Of a stretch of DNA of 64,000 nt, positions 19,831 to 29,175 are shown in pieces; position 1 is the stretch's first letter, and every line of letters begins with the position of its first letter. The notes under the pieces were generated by a model. That model was not told the origin of the DNA. It ran no database searches and saw nothing but the letters and a program-made list of their open reading frames with translations. The position numbers and the translations under genes are program-made. The stretch is from an uncultured delta proteobacterium. Its GTDB lineage: Bacteria; Myxococcota_A; Polyangia; Polyangiales; Polyangiaceae. The stretch is taken from positions 2,528,001 to 2,592,000 of the forward strand of contig CAWDXG010000004.1 in assembly GCA_963806225.1 (NCBI GenBank), in the 5' to 3' direction.

Positions 19831-20984
19831 TGGTAGATCCTTCTATCCTTTCTCCGCCGAAGCGAAGGGAAAGAGAGCAAGACCCCCTTTCAAACCGTGC
19901 GTGCGGATTTCCCGCACACGGCTTACCGGTGGTCTGTCGGCGCGCAGCATTACGCGGCCTCCTGATTCCAGAAGGGCTGCTCCGGGTAGCGGACGGTGCC
20001 GCGCAGGCGGTAGAGGCCGAGGTTCTCGAAGTACTCGCGCGTCCAGCCTTCCGCCTCGCCAGCACGCAGGTGCCGCCCCTTGCGCTTGACGCGCAAGGCG
20101 CGGAGCCGGCCCACGACGTAGCGGTCGAGCTGGTTGAAGCGCGTCGCGGCATTTCCCGTGCGGAAGTAGTTGCCCCAGCCCCGCAAGACGGGGTTCAGGT
20201 CGGCAATGACATCGCGGATATCCGCGTGGCACCGTGACCTCGGAGTCAGCTGCTTCACGCGCTGCCGGATACGCTGGATCGCGCGCCGGCTCGGCCAGCG
20301 CTGGAGGAAGTAGAGGCGCTGCCCCTTCTTTTCCAGCAGTCGACCGCTCAAGCGCTTGTGCATGTGGCAGCCGAGGAAGTCGAAACCCTGCTTGCCATCG
20401 TAGAGCTCGACCCGCCTCGTCTTTTCCGGGTGCAGCTCGAGACCGAGACGCTTCAAGATGACCTTGATACGCGCTTCGGCCAGCTCGCAATCCTTCCTGG
20501 TGCGGCACACCACCACGAAGTCGTCCGCGTAGCGCACCAGCGTCCCGAGTGGGGCGCTGTGGCGTGTCCACATGACGTCGAGCACGTGCAGGTAGATATT
20601 CGACAGCAAGGGCGAGATGACCCCGCCCTGCGGTGTGCCCGCTGTCGTCTGCGAGACGACGCCGTCCTCCATCACGCCTGCTTCGAGCCACTGCCTCAGC
20701 AGCTTGAGCACCCTCCGGTCCGAGATGCGCCGAGCGACCATCGAGGCTGCAGGCTTCACTTCATGTTGCGGCCCGCGTGCTTGCTCCCCTCCAGACGGCA
20801 CAGGCCGTCTGGAGGGCTTTCGACGCCCCGCTCGGGCACGAAGGTCTCCCTCCGACACCTGGGGCCTGCTACCCGGCGCACCGACGCCTACCGGGGCGGG
20901 ACTTGCACCCGCTGGAGAAGCGCAGCGAGCGGCAGGCGCACTTCCCCCCGAAGGGTTCCGAACGTCCGTCGCGTCACGACGCAC
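19829..20984 (-). mobile_element. Group II intron, internally deleted
   Basis: 5' GTGCG at 20984; D5 AAGCCGTGTGCGGGAAATCCGCACGCACGGTTT at 19924-19892; D6 GGGGGTCTT..AGGATCT(A)CC with bulged A at 19834; 3' AAT; RT remnant inside. Confidence 0.88.
19950..20741 (-). pseudogene. ltrA: Group II intron reverse transcriptase/maturase, C-terminal half only
   Basis: GTPQGGVISPLLSNIYLH, RYADDF, HPEKT, FDFLG, LNPVLRGWGNYF (X domain). RT0-3 are missing and there is no En domain. Confidence 0.9.
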
Positions 20985-21135
20985 CATGCTTCGATTCTAT
21001 CGCACCCAACCCTTGCGCCCGATGTAGGTGCGCCGGATTCGTCGGGCGGAGCGGGGGGACCCTCGGGGGGGCGGAGGGCGGCGGGTGCTGGGGCGACGGG
21101 CTGGGACGGCCGCCCGGAGCCCACCCGTGAGGGAC

Positions 21136-21167
21136 CCCGCCGCGCGCAGCGAAGCGAGCACGGCGGG
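21136..21167. repeat. REP-like GC-rich hairpin
   Basis: CCCGCCG..GCAGCGAAGCGAGC..CGGCGGG stem-loop in the intergenic region. Confidence 0.35.
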
Positions 21168-21247
21168 CCTGGCAGGGCCGTGCACCGACTGGGGAGCACC
21201 CAGGAATGCCCATATTTCCCAACAATTTCGTGCTGGATCGCATTTTC

Positions 21248-21271
21248 TTGCATAATGCATGCATTATGCAA
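21248..21271. promoter_or_regulatory. Perfect 24-bp palindrome, putative operator
   Basis: TTGCATAATGCATGCATTATGCAA, 11 bp upstream of ATG 21283. Confidence 0.7.
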
Positions 21272-21282
21272 ATGTGCTGCAA

Positions 21283-23898
21283 ATGGGCTGGCTGCGCGAC
21301 CTGATGGGGGCGGTCCAGCCGCCGATCCGGAGCTTCGGCGCGCTGGCCCGAGCGGCTCTAGCGAGCCCGGACTGGCCGGCCGACACCCGGGTCCAGCCAC
21401 GCTCGCTGGCCGCGATCTTCAGCAAGCTGGATCACGACCAGGAGCTCGCCTGGCTGGAGGACCGCGCCGCGGTGCAGCAGGTGCTCGCGGAGCGGCTGGG
21501 CTGCGCGCTCGCGGATCTGAAACAGGCGTCGACGGGCGCGCCCGCCGCGGCCGAAACCAGCACGCGCCGCGTGCGGCTCGATGACGCCCCGTACGCGCGC
21601 GCGCTCGATCTCGTCGACGAACCGCTGCCCCCTGGTTTCCCTCAGGAAATCACGCGCCCTTCGAGCTGGGATCGTCTGTGGTGGCACGCGCCGAAGGGAT
21701 CGGGGCGCAGCCTGGCCGGGCGCTGGCTGCAGGCGCGGGGCCTTTCGGCTTTCGTCCAGGCGTCGAGCTTCCACGAGGTGAACCTGCCGCTGCGCGGCCC
21801 GGTGTTCGTAGAGCTTTCCGCGATGGATGGCAAGGCGCCAGCATGGCGGGCGCCGGTGTGCGTGGCCGCTCCGTTCCTGCCGCCGGACTCGACGGCGTGG
21901 CACGTCGTCCAGTCGCCGCCGGTGGAGAGCTACATCGACGACCTGGCGGATTGGTTGACGGATCGACTGCCTCCGGACGGACGCTTCGAACCGGTGCACG
22001 CGGTTCAGTGGATCAGGAAGGGACCCCTCGCCTCGGATGTCGTGGACACGCTGGGGGCGGCGCTGGGCCTTCTGGGGCTGGTCGATCAGCTGGGCATGAA
22101 GGCGCTGGCGGGACGCGCGCTGCCGGAGCTCGCGCGACGCTACTTTCGCGATCGGGTGGCGCAGGCGTCGGAGAAGGGCAGCGCCGACGCGGCGTGGCTC
22201 AAGCGCGCGGGCTTCGACGTGCTGCTCGGCGTGATGCGCCGCGCGCTCACCGACTCGGAGGCGGCGTGGGACACGCCGCGCAGCTTCGACGCGTGGCTCG
22301 CTCTGGTTCCGCCCGAGCAGCGCCGCGGCGGCGACCTGGAATGGATGCGGCTGTCGCTGGCGGAAAGCGGCGCGCCGGTGCGACCGTCCGACATCGAGAA
22401 GGCGGCGCGGCTGGTGCCGCCGGGCGCGTACCGCATCGTCCGGGGGCTCTCGCGAGCGGGGCTGCTCGAACCGGCGGGCGACGACCGGCTAGCGCTGGGT
22501 CCGCGCTGGCTCGCGCGCGTGCTGCTGCTGGAAGCGCGGAAATCGCTGGTCGCGGCGTCGCCGTTCGAATGGGGCGAAGCGCTGCTGTCGCCGTATGCAG
22601 CAGCCGGGATCGCGCGGGCCCTGGAACGGCGTATCGAGAGCGAGCAGGCGCCCGTGGACGAGGTGCTGGAGCTCGAAGCGGACGACAATCCCGCGGTGGT
22701 GGCGGCGCTCGAAGCGCTTTTCCGCGGCGTGGGGCTGGCGCTGCTGGGCGGCGGGGAGCTGCCCGAGGAGCAGCTGGAGGCGCTGTGGGACGAGCAGATG
22801 CGGCTTGTCGTCGAGCTACCCGGCAGCTTGCCCGAGCCGCGCGTCGGGCCCACCCCGCGGGCGTTCGACGCGGGCAGCTGGTATCTCGCGGCGCTGGCGG
22901 TCAGCGAGCAGCTGCCGGAGGGCGGCGGGCGGAAGCAGGCGCTGCTCAGGCCGTGGAACGCGACCGAGCCGCCGCGCGGGCTGCGCGAGCTGTACGATCG
23001 CGTCGCGGCCGCGGCCGGCGGGAGCGTCGCGGCCGCGGCCGGCGGGAGCGTCGCGGCGTTCGCGCTGGTCGATCGGCTGCGGGGCGCGGTGGGCAGCGTG
23101 GCGCTCGACGGCGGCGGGCCGCACGCGCTGGAGCGTCCGGGGCTGGTGCTCGACGAGGTCGCGCACGGCGTGCTCGGCTGGGAAGCGCTGGTCGACGTGG
23201 CGGCCGACGGAGTGCCGGCGCTCGCGGAGCTGGCAGAGCGCCGCCACATGCCGTGGGCCGAGGTCGCGCGTGCCATGTGGAATGCGTGGCACGAGTCGGC
23301 GCAGCCGGCCGATGATTTTCCGGCGCTGCTAGCGCCGGAAGCACCACACGCGGCGCGCTTGTGGGCGCACCTGCCGGGGCCGCTCGTGGTGCCGCTGCTC
23401 GAGCCGCGCGGCGGCGCGTCGGTACGCTTGCCGTGGAGCGCGCTGGGCGAGGAGCAGTGGGCGGCGGTGGTGGAGGGATGGGCGGCACTGCGTGCGGATG
23501 CAGCTGGGGCGCGCGCCGCGTTCGGCGCGATCCCGGAACAGCACGCGATGCTCGCGGTGGATGCCGGCGTGCTGTCGGACAACGCGGCGGATCGCGCTCT
23601 GCTCTCGGCGCTATGGGAGCGCTTTGCAGAGCAGCTCGCCCTGCGGGTCGAGTCGCGGCGCTCGGCGGGCGGCGTGTCCGCGGCCCTGCCGCTTTTGTTC
23701 GGCGCGCCGCCTTCGCAGACAGAGCGCGCGGTCGAGCTGATGGGTCCGCCGGAGCGGCTGCTCGAGCTCGACGAGGCGGAGCTGGACGGCGTGCGGCGCT
23801 GGCTGCTCGATCGCGTGCATGCCCGGACTGCGGCCTGGCGCGACGCGTATGCGCTGCTCGGGGAGGTCGAACGCGGGCTGGCGCCCGTACGGTACTGA
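21283..23898 (+). CDS. Large hypothetical protein (putative N-terminal HTH, degenerate P-loop, helical C-terminus)
   Basis: 871-aa ORF; SFGALAR..PRSLAAIFSKLD helical N-terminus; LWWHAPKGSGRS. Confidence 0.75.
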   Translation: MGWLRDLMGAVQPPIRSFGALARAALASPDWPADTRVQPRSLAAIFSKLDHDQELAWLEDRAAVQQVLAERLGCALADLKQASTGAPAAAETSTRRVRLDDAPYARALDLVDEPLPPGFPQEITRPSSWDRLWWHAPKGSGRSLAGRWLQARGLSAFVQASSFHEVNLPLRGPVFVELSAMDGKAPAWRAPVCVAAPFLPPDSTAWHVVQSPPVESYIDDLADWLTDRLPPDGRFEPVHAVQWIRKGPLASDVVDTLGAALGLLGLVDQLGMKALAGRALPELARRYFRDRVAQASEKGSADAAWLKRAGFDVLLGVMRRALTDSEAAWDTPRSFDAWLALVPPEQRRGGDLEWMRLSLAESGAPVRPSDIEKAARLVPPGAYRIVRGLSRAGLLEPAGDDRLALGPRWLARVLLLEARKSLVAASPFEWGEALLSPYAAAGIARALERRIESEQAPVDEVLELEADDNPAVVAALEALFRGVGLALLGGGELPEEQLEALWDEQMRLVVELPGSLPEPRVGPTPRAFDAGSWYLAALAVSEQLPEGGGRKQALLRPWNATEPPRGLRELYDRVAAAAGGSVAAAAGGSVAAFALVDRLRGAVGSVALDGGGPHALERPGLVLDEVAHGVLGWEALVDVAADGVPALAELAERRHMPWAEVARAMWNAWHESAQPADDFPALLAPEAPHAARLWAHLPGPLVVPLLEPRGGASVRLPWSALGEEQWAAVVEGWAALRADAAGARAAFGAIPEQHAMLAVDAGVLSDNAADRALLSALWERFAEQLALRVESRRSAGGVSAALPLLFGAPPSQTERAVELMGPPERLLELDEAELDGVRRWLLDRVHARTAAWRDAYALLGEVERGLAPVRY
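23000..23057 (+). repeat. 24-bp in-frame tandem repeat (about 2.4 copies)
   Basis: GCGTCGCGGCCGCGGCCGGCGGGA x2 plus a partial copy; encodes VAAAAGGS repeats. Confidence 0.85.
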
Positions 23899-23965
23899 CC
23901 CGTTCTGGGCAGAGCTCCAGGGTCACGGCTTCGAGCGGCCGGAGAAGTGCTAGCCTGCGCGGCGC

Positions 23966-24712
23966 ATGACGAATCGCTCGGTCGCAGCCAGCCTGGCGTT
24001 GTGGACCGCGGTGGTCAGCGCGGGGCTGATGCTCCTGGGGGTGTCGGCCATCCACGTCGGGCTGCTCCGGCCCATCCAGGGTTTCACCGCCTTCCTGGTG
24101 TCGTTGCTGGCGGCGCTGGTGGCGCTCGGCGTGGGTCTGCTGGGATTGTGGCGGACGCGCCGGAGCGCGGGTCGGAGCGGGCGCACGCGTGCCTGGGCCG
24201 GCGTGGTCTACGGCGCGGTGGTACTCGGGGCGATCGGCTTTCTGCTCGGCGCGGCGCGCGGGCTGCCGGCCATCAACGACATCACGACCGACACGACGCA
24301 TCCGCCCGTGTTCGTCGCCGCGAAGAAGCTCGCCAGCAACGTGGGTCACGACATGAGCTATCCGGCGTCGTTCGCGGCAATGCAGAAGAAGGCATACCCG
24401 TTCGTGCAGCCGCTCCATCTCGACGTGCCGCCGAGGGTCGCCTTCGACCGCGCCGAGGCGGCCATCCAGACGCTCGGCTTCCACACGGAGAGCTCGGATC
24501 CCGCAAAGGGCCGCATCGAGGCGACGGACACCTCGACGGTGTTCCAGTTCGTGGACGACATCGTGGTGCGCGTCACACAGGATGCCGGGGGCTCCGTCGT
24601 CGACATCCGCTCGCGCTCGCGCGACGGCAAGGGCGACCTCGGCGTCAACGCGGACCGGATCCGCAGGCTGGGCGCGCTGATCGAGAAACCCGCGGCGGAC
24701 GGCGAGCGCTGA
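23966..24712 (+). CDS. DUF1499 family membrane protein
   Basis: Three TM helices, PAINDITTD, FVDDIVVRV..DIRSRSRDGKGDLGVNADRI. Confidence 0.88.
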   Translation: MTNRSVAASLALWTAVVSAGLMLLGVSAIHVGLLRPIQGFTAFLVSLLAALVALGVGLLGLWRTRRSAGRSGRTRAWAGVVYGAVVLGAIGFLLGAARGLPAINDITTDTTHPPVFVAAKKLASNVGHDMSYPASFAAMQKKAYPFVQPLHLDVPPRVAFDRAEAAIQTLGFHTESSDPAKGRIEATDTSTVFQFVDDIVVRVTQDAGGSVVDIRSRSRDGKGDLGVNADRIRRLGALIEKPAADGER

Positions 24713-24764
24713 CACGCGCCGCGCGTGCAGCGCGTGCAGCGCGTCGCGCGGCGACGTGCGCGTG

Positions 24765-26372
24765 CTAGGCGGCCTCGTCCGTGGCGGGTTCGACCACCGC
24801 GACGGCTTCGCTGGGCGCGTCGTCGGCGTGGTAGTCGCCGGGCGAGGTCTCGTCCTGGCCGCGCGCGACGCCGAACAGATGAAGCGCCCAGGTGACGAGC
24901 AGCGCGACGACGAGGTTCACAATCACGCCCCACAGCGCGGCGTAGCCGGGCACGGTGAGCGAGCCGAGGTGTAGCGGCGAAGATGGTCGACTTGAAGCCG
25001 CGGGTCGATGCCATCCAGGTCCCGATGCCCATGCCCGCGGCCCAGCCCGCGACCAGGCCCCAGCGGTGCAGCTTGCTGGTGTACAGGCCCAGGATGACCG
25101 AGGGGAACGTCTGCAGGATCCACACGCCGCCGAGCAGCTGCAGCGTGATGGCGTACTTCTGGTCGGCAGGAAGATGATGAAGGCGAGCGCGCCGAACTTG
25201 ACCACCAGGCTGACGAGCTTGGCCGTGCGCCGCTTCCTGCTTGTCGGTGCAGTCGGGCCGGAGGTACTCCCTGTAGATGTTGCGCGTGAACAGGTTCGCC
25301 GCGGCAATGCTCATGATCGCGGCGGGCACCAGCGCGCCGATGGCGATGGCGGCGAAGGCGAAGCCGGCGAACCACGGACGGGAAGGCGTACAGGAACAGC
25401 GCGGGCACGGCGTAGTCGGCGTGGTACTGTTTGAAGCCGGCGGCGAACTGCGGCATGTCGGCGACGCCCGACGCGAGGGCCATGTAGCCGAGCAGCGCGA
25501 TCAGGCCGAGCAGAAACGAGTAGGCCGGCAGCATCGCGGTGTTGCGCTTGATGACGTCGCGGCGGCTCGAGCTGAGCACGCCGGTCACCGAGTGCGGATA
25601 CAGGAACAGCGCCAGCGCGGAGCCGAAGGCGAGCGTGGCGAAGGCGCTGTACATGCCGAGATTGCCGCCGCTTGGGCGCGGGCAGGATCAGCTTCTTCGC
25701 CGGCACCGCCGCGAAGATGTGGCGCGTAGCCGCCGAGCTTGGCCGGGATCGACGATCACCGCCGCGATCACGGCGATGTAGATGATGAGATCCTTGACCA
25801 CGGCGATCATCGCCGGCGCGCGCAGGCCGCTCTTGTAGGTGTAGGCCGCCAGGATCGACGAAAGCGATGATGAGCGGCATGTCGGCCATGATGCCCTGGC
25901 CCTCGACGCCCATCGCCGCGATCACGACCTGGATGCCGACGAGCTGCAGCGCGATGTACGGCATGGTTGCCAGGATGCCGGTCAGCGCGACCACGAGCGC
26001 CAGCGTGGGGCTGTCGAAGCGACCGCGCACGAAATCCGAGGCAGTGATGTAGCCGTGGCGACGCGACACGCTCCACAGCCGCGGCATCACCACGAACACG
26101 AACGGGTACGCGATGATGGTGTACGGCATCGCGAAGAAGCCGAGCGCACCGGCGCCGAACACCAGCGCGGGTACCGCGATGAACGTGTACGCGGTGTACA
26201 GATCGCCACCGAGCAGGAACCAGGTGACGAGCGTCCCGAAGCGGCGTCCGCCGAGCCCCCACTCGTGCAGCTGGTCGAGATTGCCGGCGCGCCAGCGCGA
26301 GGCGACGAAGCCGAGCACGGTCACCAGCCCGAAGAGCAGAATGAAGACGATCAGCGCCGGCCAGTTGACCAT
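24765..26372 (-). CDS. mctP: Sodium:solute symporter, monocarboxylate permease MctP-like (multiple frameshifts)
   Basis: LHEWGLGGRRFGT..WFLLGGDLYTAYTF, LFLYPHS, VPAAIMSIAAANLFTRNIY, LQLLGGVWILQT spread across several frames. Confidence 0.85.
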
Positions 26373-26375
26373 CGG

Positions 26376-26605
26376 CTACCGCGACTCCCGCGTAGCGAAG
26401 TAGACGACGGCGGTAATCAGCGCGCCGATGCCGATCCACAGGAACAGGTACCAGTAGAAGAACGGGAAGCCGCCCAGCTCGGGAGTCGAGCTTGTTGTAG
26501 AACGGCACCCACAAGCGTCGCGACGAACGGCACCAGGAGCAGCAGGTACCAGCCCCACTTCTCCTTCTTCGGCGCGTCGCTGTCCCCGGAAGGTTCCCTC
26601 TCCAC
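26376..26605 (-). CDS. DUF3311 family small membrane protein (frameshifted)
   Basis: LLLVPF..LWVPFYN..PELGGFPFFYWY; the usual partner upstream of mctP. Confidence 0.8.
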
Positions 26606-26715
26606 GTCCCTTCGTCTCCGGCGCGGGACGATATCATCTTATGGAGGCGTGCGGGCCGTTTGCCGATGGGTGTAGTCTCGCTGCCGGATCTGGCGCCGCG
26701 CCCCGGAGGAAGTCG

Positions 26716-27000
26716 ATGGACTGGTACACCCAATCGTTCGTTGCCTGCGCTCCCTGGAGCTACGTCCTGATGTTCGGGCAGACCATGTTGATCGCGATGC
26801 TGATCGAGCGGACGCTCTTTCTGACGCTGAAGGCGCGCCTGAACGAGCGGGCGTTCATGGCGCAGATTCGCAAGCTGGTGGTTTCTGTTAACCGCGACCG
26901 CGCCGAGAAGCTCACGCAAGCCGCGGGCAACGTGCCCATCGCACGGGTCTGCAGAGCGGGGCTCCAGGCGCTCGAGCGCGGACGCGAGAGGCCAGCTGGA
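26716..27000 (+). pseudogene. MotA/TolQ/ExbB family N-terminal fragment
   Basis: TM1 then IERTLFL..FMAQIRKLV...DRAEKL..PIARVCRAGL. Homology is lost before TM2/TM3 and the ORF runs into the MTase 3' end. Confidence 0.65.
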
Positions 27001-27015
27001 GCAGTCTCCGTCCGG

Positions 27016-29109
27016 TCAGTCGCGCGCGCGAGCGCTCTGCCGGCGGGGTGTGCGACGACGCCTGGCGCGGGGGCCACGGCCGGGCACGCCGTGCTTTGCG
27101 TGCATCAGCGCCAGCCGCTCGGCGAGCTGGGCGGATAGCAGCGGCGGTACGGCATTGCCGATCATCGAGTAGCCGTCGACGATGCCGGCGGTGCGGAAGC
27201 GGAAGAAATCGGGGAAGGACTGCACCCGGGCCGCTTCGCGCATGCTGATGGGGCGATCTTCCCAGGGGTGGAAGTAGCCGTAGGTGTCCTTGCCGATGTG
27301 CGCGACGATGGTCTTGCACGGACGGTTGGCCGAGAGCCGCTCGAACCAGTCGCCGTGCTGCTCGAAGCCGCGCGCGAGGTAGCCGGACGAGAGCAGGTGG
27401 TGCGCCTCGTCCAGCTCCGCTTCCTCCATCATCAGCCGCAGCAGCAGGCCGCCGTCCACGCGGCGCAGCAATGCCTGCACCTCGCCGGGGGGCGGCAGGT
27501 CCACGAGCGCGGCGGTGCGCTGGCGCTTCTCGAGCGCGGCGAGCAGCGCGCGAAGCTCCGCGAGCGTCGGCGAGCTTCTGAGCTTGTAGTCCATCCAGCG
27601 CTGGCCGGGGCCGAACTTTCTCATCAGCGCCTGGTCGTCGGGGCGCGCGCGGCGGACGATGTGCGCGTCGGTGCGCGGCGGGCATTGGGTCGTGCCCGGA
27701 GCGGGTTGGCGTACAAAGCGAAGGTAGCGGAGCTCGGCCGCGGGCAGGCGCTCGTCGATGAGCGTGTAGGCGTCGACCTCGTGGTCGGGGCGCGCGCCGC
27801 CGTCGCCGAACGCGAACTCGCCGGGCGGCGCGAGGCCGGACAGCGCTACCGAGAGCGGCACGTCGTCCATCGGCGGGAGATCGAAGAACTCGCGGGCGGC
27901 GTCCTTCGAGCCAGGCCCGGCGCGGAAGCCGACCATCAGGTAGCGCTGCCGGTCCTGCGGCACCGCATGCTGGCGCGCCTTGATCACGCGCGACCCGACT
28001 TCGTAGGAAAGCTCGCTGCCCGACAGCGCCGCGATCGCTTCGGCGAGCACCGCCGCCGCGTCGAGCTGGCCATTCGGCGTGCGCAGCACGGACGAGAAGT
28101 GCGACACGTTCTCGAAGATGAAGGCGTCGGGGCGAAGCGCTTCGAGGAACAGCACGTACTTGTGCAGGAGCGCGTTGCGCTCGTCGCCGTAGTGGTCGCT
28201 GGTCCAGGCCGAGGCGCCCTGCTCGCGCAGCCGCTCGAGCACGGCGCGGCCGATGCGGCTGAAGCCCTTGCACGGCGGGCCGCCGAGCACGAGCTGGACG
28301 CGCCGGCCGTCGTCGTAGAGCTCGCGCAGGCGCGCTTCGGCTTCCAGCGAACACGCGGCACGCAGGCTGTCGCGGCGCGCGCGCCAGCGCACCCACAGCT
28401 GGCGCAGCTCGCGGCCCGGCTCGCTCTCGAGGAAGGCGACCAGCGTGCCGGCTCGCTTCGGCACGACGCGGTGCTGGCCACGGCCGCGACGCTTGGCTCC
28501 CTGCCCGAGGCGCTCGAGCCCGCTGTCCCAGAGCTCCTCGGCGCCTTGCCTGAGCGCGCGCACCACGGGAACCTCGAGCGACGCATCGGCGGGCGCGATA
28601 AGCTCGTACTCCTGTTGCCACGGCTGCGCGGCCAGCTCCGCCGTGCGCAGCGACGCGAGACCGATACGCGCAAGGAAGCCGCGGCAAACCGCCAGGGACA
28701 AGACCTTCGAATCCACGCGGGCGAGCGCGGCGCGGAAGCGCGGCGAGTCGACCAGCTTGCGCCGTGCGGTGTCGTAGTCGGCGTCGATCGTGCGGAGACC
28801 GGAAAGGAACGGGCCCAGCCCGACCTTGCCGAGCTCCTTTTCGAGCGCCGCCTCCCCGCGCGCCAGCGCCAGGTGCGTCAGGTAGTAGAAGAGGATCTCG
28901 CTCGGATGGTGGAACCAGGAGATGTCGCACTGCCGCCCCGTCGGCACGCGCCCGGAACGCGACGGGAAGTTGTCGTTGTAGCAGCGCAGCGCGACCGCGT
29001 CGTTGTCGATGCCGAGCACCGTATCGTACGTGGTAGGCCCGCCCGCGAGTTCGAACCCGAGCGAAAGCCCGCCACAGCCGCAGAACAGATCGACGACGCG
29101 GACGCGCAT
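27016..29109 (-). CDS. DNA (cytosine-5)-methyltransferase with large insertions
   Basis: DLFCGCGG (I), GGPPCKGFS (IV), FENV (VI), PQDRQR (VIII), REAARVQSFP (IX), IGNAVPP (X). Confidence 0.93.
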   Translation of the reverse strand: MRVRVVDLFCGCGGLSLGFELAGGPTTYDTVLGIDNDAVALRCYNDNFPSRSGRVPTGRQCDISWFHHPSEILFYYLTHLALARGEAALEKELGKVGLGPFLSGLRTIDADYDTARRKLVDSPRFRAALARVDSKVLSLAVCRGFLARIGLASLRTAELAAQPWQQEYELIAPADASLEVPVVRALRQGAEELWDSGLERLGQGAKRRGRGQHRVVPKRAGTLVAFLESEPGRELRQLWVRWRARRDSLRAACSLEAEARLRELYDDGRRVQLVLGGPPCKGFSRIGRAVLERLREQGASAWTSDHYGDERNALLHKYVLFLEALRPDAFIFENVSHFSSVLRTPNGQLDAAAVLAEAIAALSGSELSYEVGSRVIKARQHAVPQDRQRYLMVGFRAGPGSKDAAREFFDLPPMDDVPLSVALSGLAPPGEFAFGDGGARPDHEVDAYTLIDERLPAAELRYLRFVRQPAPGTTQCPPRTDAHIVRRARPDDQALMRKFGPGQRWMDYKLRSSPTLAELRALLAALEKRQRTAALVDLPPPGEVQALLRRVDGGLLLRLMMEEAELDEAHHLLSSGYLARGFEQHGDWFERLSANRPCKTIVAHIGKDTYGYFHPWEDRPISMREAARVQSFPDFFRFRTAGIVDGYSMIGNAVPPLLSAQLAERLALMHAKHGVPGRGPRARRRRTPRRQSARARD

Positions 29110-29175
29110 GGGCGAACGCCACCGTAGCTCCTGGGCTCCATCGCGGTCAACGCGCGGCTGCCCGCGGACCGGCGG

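Noticed and set aside
19950..20741. RT as a retron, DGR or CRISPR-associated RT
   Set aside because: The X domain plus D5/D6 and a GTGCG 5' end mark a group II intron; no template repeat, msr-msd or cas genes are visible.
24721..24744. GCGCGTGCA short tandem repeat between convergent genes
   Set aside because: Too short and low-complexity to assign a function.
24765..26605. Multiple frameshifts in mctP/DUF3311 (also fadJ, the protease and the BNR gene) as programmed frameshifting or true pseudogenes
   Set aside because: Scattered single-base indels with otherwise intact motifs and no slippery sites; most likely long-read consensus errors.
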